From the NCBI GenBank assembly GCA_900128565.1, contig LT635912.1, positions 50,927-70,926 on the forward strand: a stretch of 20,000 bases of DNA. Reading direction: 5' to 3'. The translations under genes and the position numbers were made by a program. Below are positions 10,107 to 19,926 of this stretch, in pieces. Under the pieces are notes generated by a model that was not told the origin of the DNA, did not search any database, and saw only the letters and a list, made by a program, of their open reading frames with translations. Every line of letters begins with the position of its first letter. The stretch's first letter is position 1. The DNA comes from Stramenopiles sp. TOSAG23-6 (lineage: Eukaryota).

Positions 10107-12565
10107 CAGACATCCGGCGATATTGCTGCAATTGTTTTTCAAATTGATTACTTTGTGTGTGCGTATCATTCAAAGAGTGTGACATATTTATATCAAAATT
10201 ATTTTTCATATATTGCGTCATTTCTTGTATTCCGCCAAGAGAACCACTACGCCCACGTCTTACAGGAGGCGATTTGACAAATTTTGACCCAGATGAAGAT
10301 GCACGAGCTCGTTCAGGCCAAAGTGAGTGCAAATCAGGGTCTGACGGAGTTCTGCTCATGTTAAAACTATTTCTTTGCTGACGAACATTTCTACTATTAT
10401 CTGGTGTTTGCCTCAAATAACCTCTTATTTGTGTAGGTGTTGTTGGTGAACCCAAAAAAGTTGAATTAGGATGTCGTGGGGGTGTTGACCCCAGAGGGGT
10501 TGGCAAATTTGATCCTAGTATCATTATAGGCGATTTTCTTGAGATATTAGTGTTAGGGGACGCATGTCCTATTTGTTGAAATTGCGGCGGCGTATTTATG
10601 GAACTGTTCAAACTTGTTGGCATGCTATTATCTGATGATGTGCTTAGTCTATGTACCCTGTCTGCAGTCATAGGAATACTATTATCTGATGACAAGCTTA
10701 GTCTATGCCTTTCAACGACTTGTCCGACAGTTAACGGTGCATTTGAATGTAATCTTTCTAATGAACTTGCAACACTGTATTGAATAGGACTTGATGATGA
10801 TGCAACCTGCATATTAGGATTCGATCTATTGCTTCCAGGTGATAAAGGGTGACAATTCCGAGGTATAGATAAAGGTAATGCAACAGACATTGGGGAACCA
10901 GCATCATTTTTTACATTGGTATATTGATTATGAGAACCAATACGTGATTGCTGTTGGGGTGACCAATTCTGTGCACTTTGAGATGGATAGGTTCTTTGAT
11001 GTTGAATCATATGAGGCATCATTGGCTGTCGTGGGGAGTAATGTGGACCTTCACTCATTGGAGAAGATATTGAAGGATGTTCCATCGACCGATCATTCTT
11101 ATACATGACTTTCATTTGTCCCATATTTTGACGTCGTGCAGAGTGTTCCATACCAGTAGATGAAGACAATGCACCTTGAGGTCCAGAATATTGTATATAC
11201 TGCTGACGAGAATTCGAATAAATATTATTTGGATTGGGTTGAAATTCAGGTTCAACATATTTTTGTGGTTCAATAGCAATATTATTCTGTTGGCCTCTTT
11301 GCTGTTGATAGTATCTATTCTGTACCATCATAGCAAATCCTGGTCCTAAATGGTCTGGAAGTGAATGTGGTCGGAAATGATCATGTATTTCGGAAAAATA
11401 TTATTTTTAGTAAAAATTTGTTAGGTACAAAATTTGGTACAAAAAACAAATTCGAAATTCAATTTTGAAAACGTACATTTGGTTGACTTGCTCGGTATAA
11501 CTCTGGAGGAGATCTATAAGGAGAGTCTAATCGCAAAGGGTAGCGATACATGAGATTATGATTCCCACTATGTATTACACTCTTAGTCTGTTGTTGTATA
11601 TCTTGGGTATAATGAGTATCATGATAGTGTCTTGCTTGGTTTCGTACTCTTGGGATATTTGAACTCTGTTTTTCTACCTCTTGATTAGGGTTAGGGTTAC
11701 GTTTCTTTCTCACGTCTTGGCCATCAGAAGCATCTTTCCCTTCCGGTCGATCAGCATAATTATTAATAATACAATCAGTGACATTTGGTTGTCCAAGAAT
11801 TGAACCTGAGAGATCAAATCCACAGTCTTTTGCATACATTACGCTAGCTTTTAATTCACCGAACGGTGTTCCAATGGGAGAAAAAAAATATTTAGAAGTT
11901 TCCCGATTTGAGTTAAAGCTCAATGGCAGAGAACCATCATTGCTCACTGCATTTGCGCCAAATTCATAATTTATATGTGTTGTTGACAAATTGGACCGTT
12001 TCGTATTTCGCATCAGACCATATGCAGGTAGAACTCTAACAAAAGCAAATACCGATCGAAGAAATATTGCAATTCGCTTATAAACCTGTCTTAGTTGAGA
12101 GGTCATATCTCCATACTTTTTTAAACTTAAGTCTGCACCACCAGATGGATCAAAGTGTAAACTCCAACGCTCAAGTAATATACGTGACGAAGTTGTGTTA
12201 TCATTGTGATTCTTGGCTTCTACAGAGGGTATTCCGACACCAGAAAAATGACCAGCACAAGCTCCACCCCCGCCCATCCAAAATATGTCACACTCTTTGA
12301 ATGGTAAATATGGATCATGCTTCCATGGTTCTAGCTCTTTGCGCACAAAATCTATGTTTTCTATGTGCAAATTAAATGGCGGCCTCGTCTTCTTCTTTTG
12401 AGTCCTTTGAGGAGACTGAAAACGAACACGAGATTGTAACACAATCTCCGATATTTTGAACAAAGATTCAAGTACAATACGTTCACACTTTCCTCGCTCA
12501 TTCTTTTCCAAAGCATTACCTTGTGCAGATTGCCGGCGTTTAATTGCACTAGAAGGTGCAGACAT
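10063..12565 (-). CDS. ATG13: Autophagy-related protein 13 (HORMA domain plus long disordered S/P/Q-rich tail); exons 12565-11477 and 11382-10063; extreme C-terminus probably chimeric
   Basis: HORMA motifs EIVLQSRV, FNL, LLERWSLHF, VYKRIAIFLRSVFAFVRVLPAY, SPIGTPFGELKASVMY, followed by a low-complexity region. Confidence 0.85.
11383..11476 (-). other. Non-canonical intron (94 nt, GTACGT...ATACAT)
   Basis: CCA AAT|GTACGTTTTC...GAAATACAT|GAT CAT joins the two ATG13 ORFs in frame. TACCTAAC at 11427-11420, 37 nt before the 3' end. Confidence 0.78.
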
Positions 12566-12818
12566 TATGAAAGTCCCACGTGGGTGGGAATGATTCCCGC
12601 TGTCCCCAAGAAATGCTTTTATAATATTTTATCAGTGAAATACTAATGTTGTCCGATTTCGAGATTGATTGTGTTTTGTCGAGAAGAACTTTCTTTTCAC
12701 CAAAATGAAACTGTTTTTTCCTGTTCAACTGACGCAACATTTTTTCATAATTAATTAAACGTATATTTGTGACAGTGATACATTTTACAACAATAGTTGA
12801 AATTAAAAGCGACGATAG

Positions 12819-13523
12819 ATGGATTTGGCAGAAGAATATGAACAATGTGGTCTTGGTGCATATCAGCCATATTACGACAAACTTTTACTTGAACACCCTA
12901 AAACTGTTGGCTCATCTGTGTCGTCGAAAGAACGTCGAGGTAAAACATATACTGGCTCTAAATTTGTGTATGGTGAAATACGATTTGACTCTTTTTCTCT
13001 GGCAATACATAAAGTTCGAATATATGGTGGATTGAAAACCCCCGGAGGAATTTTCTACGACCTTGGGTCGGGTATAGGAAAGCCATGTTTTGCTGCAGCT
13101 CTACTGCACGACTTTGACAAGGTCTATGGGATTGAAATGCTACCAGGTTTGAATAAAGTAGCTAATGACATACTCGTCAAATGGAACGAATTAGTCGGCG
13201 ATAAATATGCTTGGAAAGAAACCCGTGCTGTGAAAGAATTCAAGAAAAAAAAGAACAATATTGGTATAGAATTTATATGTTCGGATCTTTGCACGTTTGA
13301 TTGGACAGACGCGACTGTTGTGTTTGCTAATTCAACTTGTTTTACTGAAGAACTTATGGCAAAAATCGCAGAAAAGGCTCTATCCTTAAAGAAAGGCACG
13401 TTTTTCATTACATTTACAAAAGCATTGCCAAATGTGGAAGGTTTCTGGTACATTCATGAAGCTAAGTCATATACCATGTCATGGGGACCTGCGACGGTGT
13501 ATATACAGGAAAAGATTAGATGA
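12819..13523 (+). CDS. DOT1-domain (histone H3K79-type) SAM-dependent methyltransferase
   Basis: YGEI, FYDLGSGIGK (motif I), YGIEML, DATVVFANSTCF and MSWG motifs of small protist DOT1-like proteins. Confidence 0.8.
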   Translation: MDLAEEYEQCGLGAYQPYYDKLLLEHPKTVGSSVSSKERRGKTYTGSKFVYGEIRFDSFSLAIHKVRIYGGLKTPGGIFYDLGSGIGKPCFAAALLHDFDKVYGIEMLPGLNKVANDILVKWNELVGDKYAWKETRAVKEFKKKKNNIGIEFICSDLCTFDWTDATVVFANSTCFTEELMAKIAEKALSLKKGTFFITFTKALPNVEGFWYIHEAKSYTMSWGPATVYIQEKIR

Positions 13524-13556
13524 ATGAACCAAATAATTACAGTCGTCGTGAACAGC

Positions 13557-13608
13557 CCCAATAGACCCTAGGACCTAAAACCTAAAACCAATAACCTAAA
13601 CCCAATAG
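13557..13608 (+). repeat. Degenerate ~7-nt-period CCTAAA-like array, telomere-like, intergenic
   Basis: CCCAATAGACCCTAGGACCTAAAACCTAAAACCAATAACCTAAACCCAATAG; CCCAATAG occurs at both ends. Confidence 0.55.
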
Positions 13609-13732
13609 TCACCGGTTATACATTTAGAATAAAGTTATTAGATTTGAATAGCAATAATTCATAGTATTCTTTTGTTACATTGAATATATATATATTTCAA
13701 CAAAGCTTTTTTATATTATATATACTTAATAC

Positions 13733-15070
13733 TTAAGTAGAAGCGTCGAGAAAATTGTCAACATTTTTGATTTGCATTTCTGCAAGAAGTTTCAATGCTT
13801 CTTCGTCTTCAACGTCCAATTCACGCATTTCACTTAATAATTCTTGAGCAACTTCATAAAACCCAACTTCATTATCATCTAACATTTCACTTTCAGATAC
13901 ATCGGAATGATTTTCAATTTCTTTCTGACATACTGCCAAAGCTTCCGCATATGTTTCTACTCCGAATCTAGATTTCATTCCTTGCAATACACTACCCAGT
14001 ACCATATTCGTATTCAAGTCATTCAATATTTCGTGTTCTTTAGAATGCAAAATTTTGCTAGCTTCTGTTCCAGTTTGTGTTGAGTGTTGTAATTGTTGTG
14101 CGCTACAGATTTCATCTCTACTCTTCAAAGATCGCGCCCCACTATGCCATAAGCCAGGTCTCCGATTTAAACGTTCAGTTAATTCATCCAATGCACTCAC
14201 AGTAACTACGCACTGTTCCCGCAATAATAAGTCATACACGTTACAATTTTCAGAACTGATCACAGTCAAATACGGTATATTTCGGGAAGCCCAGTAAAAG
14301 TTTTCATCCACTTCATCAGTACCGCGAACAAATAGAATTCCTTTTTTACCGACCCAGCCATGAGCTTCGATGGCTTTAACCAAAGCTGACGTTTTTCGTG
14401 TTGGCATTACAGCTTCATCAACAACAGCAATATTACCTTCACGCCACTTGGCAGCTAAAGCCGTTTTAATTCCCAATTGAACTATCTTTTTATTCAATTT
14501 TTGTGACCAAACACGGGTTTGACGAGGACCGTGAGCCTTACCACCACCCCGCCAAATTGGTGAACGAATTGAACCGTGCCGGGCGCGTCCTGATCCTTTT
14601 TGTTTCCATGGTTTCCTCCCACCACCACTGACTTCCGCGCGATTTTTTACTTTAACTAGGCCGCCACTTTTGACTTGACGCCTGTTTGCACGCTGCCAGC
14701 AGACTACACGATGAACTAAATCACGGCGGATGGGTACTCCAAACACACTATTTTCTAGTGTTACTTCCGCGACTGGATCTGAATGTAGGGCACCAACTTC
14801 CATCTTCGCAACAGGCATGTGTTTCACGGTTGTGTCGGATCTTCCTAATGATGCGATGTCTAGCTGTCCAACATTGTCTGCAAAGAGGCTATCCACACCA
14901 TTAAACGTTTCTTCTGGTACTACAACGTTAGATGGAAGGTCAAGGTTGATAGAAGTCCTATTAAGGCTGGATTCAGTGGCAACACAGAAAAGACGCACTG
15001 TATTAACACGCAATCGCATAACTCTGGAACATGATGCACCAAGTAACTGGGAGATGGCGGGGGAAAACAT
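13733..15070 (-). CDS. MRPL4: Mitochondrial (bacterial-type) large ribosomal subunit protein uL4 with presequence and acidic C-terminal extension
   Basis: VFGVPIRRDLVHRVVCWQ, RAEVSGGGRKPWKQKGSGRARHGSIRSPIWRGGGKAHGP, SRNIP, NVYDLL; Arg-rich N-terminal transit-like peptide. Confidence 0.92.
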   Translation of the reverse strand: MFSPAISQLLGASCSRVMRLRVNTVRLFCVATESSLNRTSINLDLPSNVVVPEETFNGVDSLFADNVGQLDIASLGRSDTTVKHMPVAKMEVGALHSDPVAEVTLENSVFGVPIRRDLVHRVVCWQRANRRQVKSGGLVKVKNRAEVSGGGRKPWKQKGSGRARHGSIRSPIWRGGGKAHGPRQTRVWSQKLNKKIVQLGIKTALAAKWREGNIAVVDEAVMPTRKTSALVKAIEAHGWVGKKGILFVRGTDEVDENFYWASRNIPYLTVISSENCNVYDLLLREQCVVTVSALDELTERLNRRPGLWHSGARSLKSRDEICSAQQLQHSTQTGTEASKILHSKEHEILNDLNTNMVLGSVLQGMKSRFGVETYAEALAVCQKEIENHSDVSESEMLDDNEVGFYEVAQELLSEMRELDVEDEEALKLLAEMQIKNVDNFLDAST

Positions 15071-15294
15071 TGAACTTCAGTTGCAGTATATACAAGCTAC
15101 AAAAACAGTAGTACACGTACTAATAAGGTAAGGCAAAGTGTAAACTGGATGCAGTGTGCAAAGACACGTGCAAAAAAGACCGACACGTGGCAAAACGACG
15201 ACGACGCAGACATGGCCAAAACTAAGGCCTTACTTACTAAAAGTAAAAGTTATTATATTACTTTTACCGCTTTCTCTACGATAGTACCGTTTCG

Positions 15295-18200
15295 ATGGGA
15301 ATGAGTGGTGATTCTGCTAATGTAGAACAGCAACTTAAGGAAGTGAAACTTGCATTTGCGGACTATGACTGGAATACAGTCGGAAAGATCTGCGCAAGAC
15401 GTGAAATCGCACACTTGTCTATTTTTAAGTCATATGCTGCGCGAGTTGCCAGTATCCGTAGAGATTATACACGCGCAGTTGCACTTTGTGATGATATCGC
15501 ACGATCTTCTCCTACATGTACCGATCCAGAAACACTCTCAAATTTGCGACATATCTATAGCTTGAATGGCTTAGATCGGCAAGTCGTTGACCTGTATGAA
15601 AAAGCCTTAACAGCAGCAGCACCATCCTTTTCTTCCCAGAAAATCGATATTGATGCTGAACCTACTCTTGTCGAACGACTTTCTCGAGCTCTTTTTGATG
15701 CATACGGCAATGTTGGTTCGAGCAAAAAACAGCAGGCCATTGCGCTTAAATTATACAAAATGACTCAAAAGAAACAATACATGGTCTGGGCGACGACTTG
15801 TCTATTGCTTCAATGTCCATCTGAAAAATCTAATAGAGGTAGTGAACGTGAAGCTACTCTTAATCTTGCAATATCCATGCTACGCCGCGTACTTGATATC
15901 GATAATGTCTCATCAAGAGGTAATGATGGTGAATCTGTTCGCTTGTATGTTGAAACTTTACTAGAGTTAAAAAAGTTCCAAGACGTTTTGACAGTTTTAG
16001 ACTCTACAATTGTTCAATCAAATTTTAAACAAAAACAAGATGATACAAAAGATGAAGAGTCATCAATTACAAAAGATGACGCAGATGATGGTGCGTTTGC
16101 TGGTGCTTTTACATACCGCGAAAGTCTCCTAATTCGTGCTGACGTTTTATCGAAAATGGAAAGATGGAACGAAGCTGCTGATTCCAATCGCGAATTTCTT
16201 CTTGAAGTTGATGTGAATGACTGGGTTTCGTGCCGTTCCTTTATATTTAATACAAATTCTCTCTATAGTAATGCTTCTACGGAACTAGAGAAATCCACAA
16301 TTGATTCAAATTCTGATAAATTTGTTGAGTTATTACAAGAAAAAGCAAAATCTTTTCCATCTGTCCCGAGAGCTCCTTGTACGTTTTCATCATTTCAATG
16401 TCGATGTTTTTTCATACGAAATTTTGTACCTAACGATTTTTTTTATTTCTAAAAAAAAATATTTTTCACAATACTTTTCTTCTAGAAATTGCGTTAGCAC
16501 ATAGTCGCATTGTAAATCGTACCAAAAACAGCTCATGTGACATGTCTACTTCTATAGAAATGTTATGTCAAGCCTCTGGTGATTTTCTTGATTTAATCAA
16601 AAATTATTGGAAAATATTTGGTAAGAAATTATGCTGTTTTCTGGATGTTCAGCATTTTTTAAATATTTTAACCATTCCAACAGAATGTTCTCGGAATGAA
16701 ATGAAATGTTCTACAGAATTAGCACGAAACATCGATCAAGCTATTGGTCGTATAAAAACTGTTTTGTGTACAATGATAAATTCTTCACAATCAAACCGGA
16801 CAAACCCTAAACCTAATTCATCTTTAAAAGTTTCAAAAGAAAGGCTGAATAATTTACATTCTTACATTACTGCACAGCAAATCTCTCGATTTATTGGTTT
16901 ACATCGGTTAAATGATAACAATCAATTACTTGAAATTGCACGTGATCTCATTATTGAATGGAAAATAACATTAGATTTGAATTCTAAAAAATCTTCCATG
17001 GGAGATACTACTCTTAATAATATATCGAATGAAATTAAGAAATTAGATTTTCAGAAAAAGAAAGAAAACGAAAATCCTAATGATGACCAAAGAGAAGTTC
17101 AACACGGTGATGATTTGCTACTCCTTGCGGCGCATATTTTCATAGAATTATCTATCCGTTACACCTTCGCTGCTCAACAACTGTCAACATCTATCGAAGA
17201 AATGTCGAATAATAAAAGAAAAGGCTGGTCATTTTTAGTCGATGCAATTGTTGCAGCAGAATTGGGACTGAAACATTCCGCATTCAACTTTCAAATGAAG
17301 TTAGTAGTAATAAGAGTGTACAATGTACTGGGTGCATTTTCTTCCGCGATGGCTCGGTTTAAGGAACTCGATATTAAACACATTCAAATTGAAACTTTAT
17401 CATATGTTGCACTTGATAATTCTATAGCCACTGGATTTCATGACAATGCTATCCAGATGTGTGAAAGTATTGAATCATTTCATGGACATAGTTCACGTTG
17501 TATTCCAAAATATACTAGTACTGCATATAAATATGGAAATGTGTGTCAAGTGCGAGAATTCTTCAAGTTAAAAGAGAAATTAAGACGATCTCATCAATTA
17601 GTATCATCTCAAATTGATCTTTTTCATTTAAATATGATGAAACTTCCCAAATATTCTCACCAATGGCTTAAAGAACAATTTATGATGGGACATTTAAAAG
17701 ACATTCCCATGACAGAGCTCGAAAAACTTTTGGAAACAGAAGATAGAAATATTGCAAGTTCCTGGGATGCACCTATTCACGCATTAGCTGGAATTAAAAA
17801 TGCCGAAAACCTTAAAGGGAGTGCTACTCCTCAAATACAAAAGATTGAAGCTGTTGACTTGCGTATACGTTGTTTATATCCTATACTTTTAATGTTAAGT
17901 AGTTCGTTTACCGAAGAAAAACGTCTGAAAGAAAAACTTGTTGAATTTAAACGTTTGGTCAAAACATTACATGAAATTCGGATAATTTCTCCAAATAAAA
18001 CTCTTCATGAAAAGATTATGCAAGGTACATTTCAAATGAAATGTAATTGCTATGAGATAATTGCTGATGCCTTTGATATTGCATTAGATATTTCAAGTTT
18101 AATGGGAACAGAGCTGTCGTCTGATGTGAAGTCAGAATTGCGTAATTCTTTACAACCTAAATTAATATCTATGAGCAAACGTCTCACAAAACTGGCTTCA

Positions 18201-18854
18201 TTTTCAGCGTATTCATTATGTGAAGAAATAGATAGTAATCATGTGGATGAATTATGTACCGTAGATATGTCTACAATTGATTGGGGATTTCGTGCATGGG
18301 ATATTATAAAACATGGGGATTCCGTTCCTCTCTCTGCCTCGAATGATGGAAAAGGTTTACGAGGTTGTTGGATTTTTTTAATGCATTTGTCTACTTGGTT
18401 GACCAAATTGATACCTGAGTGGTACGGCGCATTACAAATTACTGGTTCCAAAGTAAAAGGAAAGAATAAAAGTAAAGGTAAAAATAAGAAAGGTAAAAAA
18501 AACAAAACAAAAAAATCTTCAAAAGGTAATGATGCTCCCATCTCTGCTCTAAAAAACATCACCGCTGTTCTTGATGATATACTTATGGGAATGGCAAAAC
18601 AAGCGAAAGTTGCTCAAGGTAAACTTGCAAAAGGTTTGTCTCCAAAACTTCAACTAGAAGGGTTAGGGTTAGGATCCACACCTATTTCTGTACTAGATAT
18701 AGCTTTGCAAGAATCTTCAGCAATGCTTGAAAAACTTCATCAAGTTAGAATGGAAACTTTGCGGAAAATTTCGTGTGATCATAAGGAAGCACTTTCGAAA
18801 GTGTTGAAAGCTGCGTTAGATGGCAGTGCGTTATTACGAAAAATTCGCAGATGA
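15295..18854 (+). CDS. NAA25: N-terminal acetyltransferase B auxiliary subunit (NAA25/MDM20); exons 15295-16378 and 16477-18854
   Basis: TPR-like N-terminus, KQQAIALKLYK...YMVWA, RAP/FLLEI, FGKKLCCFLDV, SAFNFQMKLVVIRVYNVLG, FKELDIKHIQIETLSY, AYKYGNVCQVREFFKLKEKLRRS. Confidence 0.88.
16379..16476 (+). other. Non-canonical intron (98 nt, GTACGT...ATACTT)
   Basis: GCT CCT T|GTACGT...CACAATACTT|TT CTT gives RAPFLLEIAL, matching the NAA25 RGPxLAxLEL-type helix. CTT direct repeat. The first downstream AG (16484-16485) creates TAA; a later AG (16497) is in frame but would delete the helix. Confidence 0.72.
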
Positions 18855-19019
18855 TTTTAATCATTTTATATAAAAAAAATATTTGTATTTTTTGTATTTT
18901 TAACGCATCCGTTTCGTTTATATCCAATTTAAATTGGTTACCGTTAAAATTTGTATCCTCTTTCATCACCTTGCAAGTTGTAACTAAAGTAGAAAAATAT
19001 TTTACAGTACTCTTAATCA

Positions 19020-19926
19020 ATGAGTTGCTGTCATGGTAGTCTCAGCACAATGATGTGGGATATGACAAAGAAAAAGATTTTGGATGAAAATGGTTCTGCA
19101 AAATTTTTCAAGTTGTCGTTATCCGAAGCTGCTGAAAGCTCAACCGCAGACGCACGAAAGGCGTGTGCAATGATATCTAAAGCACGTGAGCTAAGAGCTA
19201 AATACAGGAATAAATCAGGTGATCTGGGCTTTTCCTGTGATGAAAACTCACCGAGAAGGGGAGTGTTGAGTGTTGATAGCGGGGCGTATGAGCTTGTAAA
19301 TATCGCAGATCAAGTAATAAAAGATGACCTTCCAACAATGGGTGACTTTGTCAGTGACTATCGGGAACTTATATCAATCAGAAACAGTGGTGCGTGCAAA
19401 ACTCTTTGCCATAAGCGATTAACACTTTTAGAAACGACATTTGAAATACACAAATCTATGAACGGTGATCGAGAAATGGCACTTGAACGAGCTTCAAAAA
19501 CAGATTTTTATGGGATACATAAGGTGGACACACATGTTCATGCTGCAGCTGCAGTTGCAGCTCCAGATATTTTGTCTTTTATTAAAAAAAAAGTCAAAAA
19601 TTGTGGAGATGATGTGGTGGACGGCGAAAGGACACTAAAAGAAGTATATGATTCAGTTGGGGTTCCTCTCGACGAGCTTACTGTTGATGCAATTGACATA
19701 GCTGCTGATGCAACACTTTTCAATCGTTTTGATCACTTCAATGCCAAATGTATGTTTTCATCAGGAATTTCAAATTTTAATGATTTTCATTTCTTAGTTA
19801 TTACGTACAGTATACCTAACAAATTTCAAATATTAAATATTATTTCACAAAAAATACAATCCTTGTGGAAATGCATCACTTCGACGTTTATTTCTCAAAA
19901 CTGATAATGACGTGAATGGTACTTAT
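19020..19926 (+). CDS. AMPD: AMP deaminase, N-terminal half; exons 19020-19749 and 19856-19926, continuing past the window
   Basis: ELRAKY, KTLCHKRLTLLE, DFYGIHKVDTHVH (Zn-binding His pair), TLKEVY, FNRFDHFNAK/YNPCG...LRRLFLKTDN. Confidence 0.92.
19750..19855 (+). other. Non-canonical intron (106 nt, GTATGT...AAAAAT)
   Basis: GCC AAA T|GTATGT...CACAAAAAAT|AC AAT CCT restores the conserved FNAKYNPCG. TACCTAAC at 19813-19820. No AG between that motif and the next donor at 19927. Confidence 0.9.

Noticed and set aside
4985-11478. U12-type (minor spliceosome) AT-AC introns
   Set aside because: Three copies can be slid to AT-AC, but none has the RTATCCTT donor, the branch-to-3' distance (34-42 nt) is long for U12, and the same slide gives TT-AC, AT-AT and AT-AA in the other copies.
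11685-11699. TTAGGG telomeric repeats (also 18661-18673)
   Set aside because: Only about 2 units, inside coding exons (NPNPN in ATG13, GLGLG in NAA25); explained by the peptide sequence.
1351-19723. Numerous 60-130 aa ORFs in the six-frame track
   Set aside because: They are antisense or alternate-frame shadows of real genes with no recognisable motifs. Exceptions are 8489-8749 and part of 9948-10169, which are exons of ABCG and AMPD.
678-19904. Frameshifted pseudogenes or alternative genetic code to explain the truncated ORFs
   Set aside because: Each truncation coincides with a ~95-nt family insert whose removal restores the frame; genes end at ordinary TAA/TGA stops.
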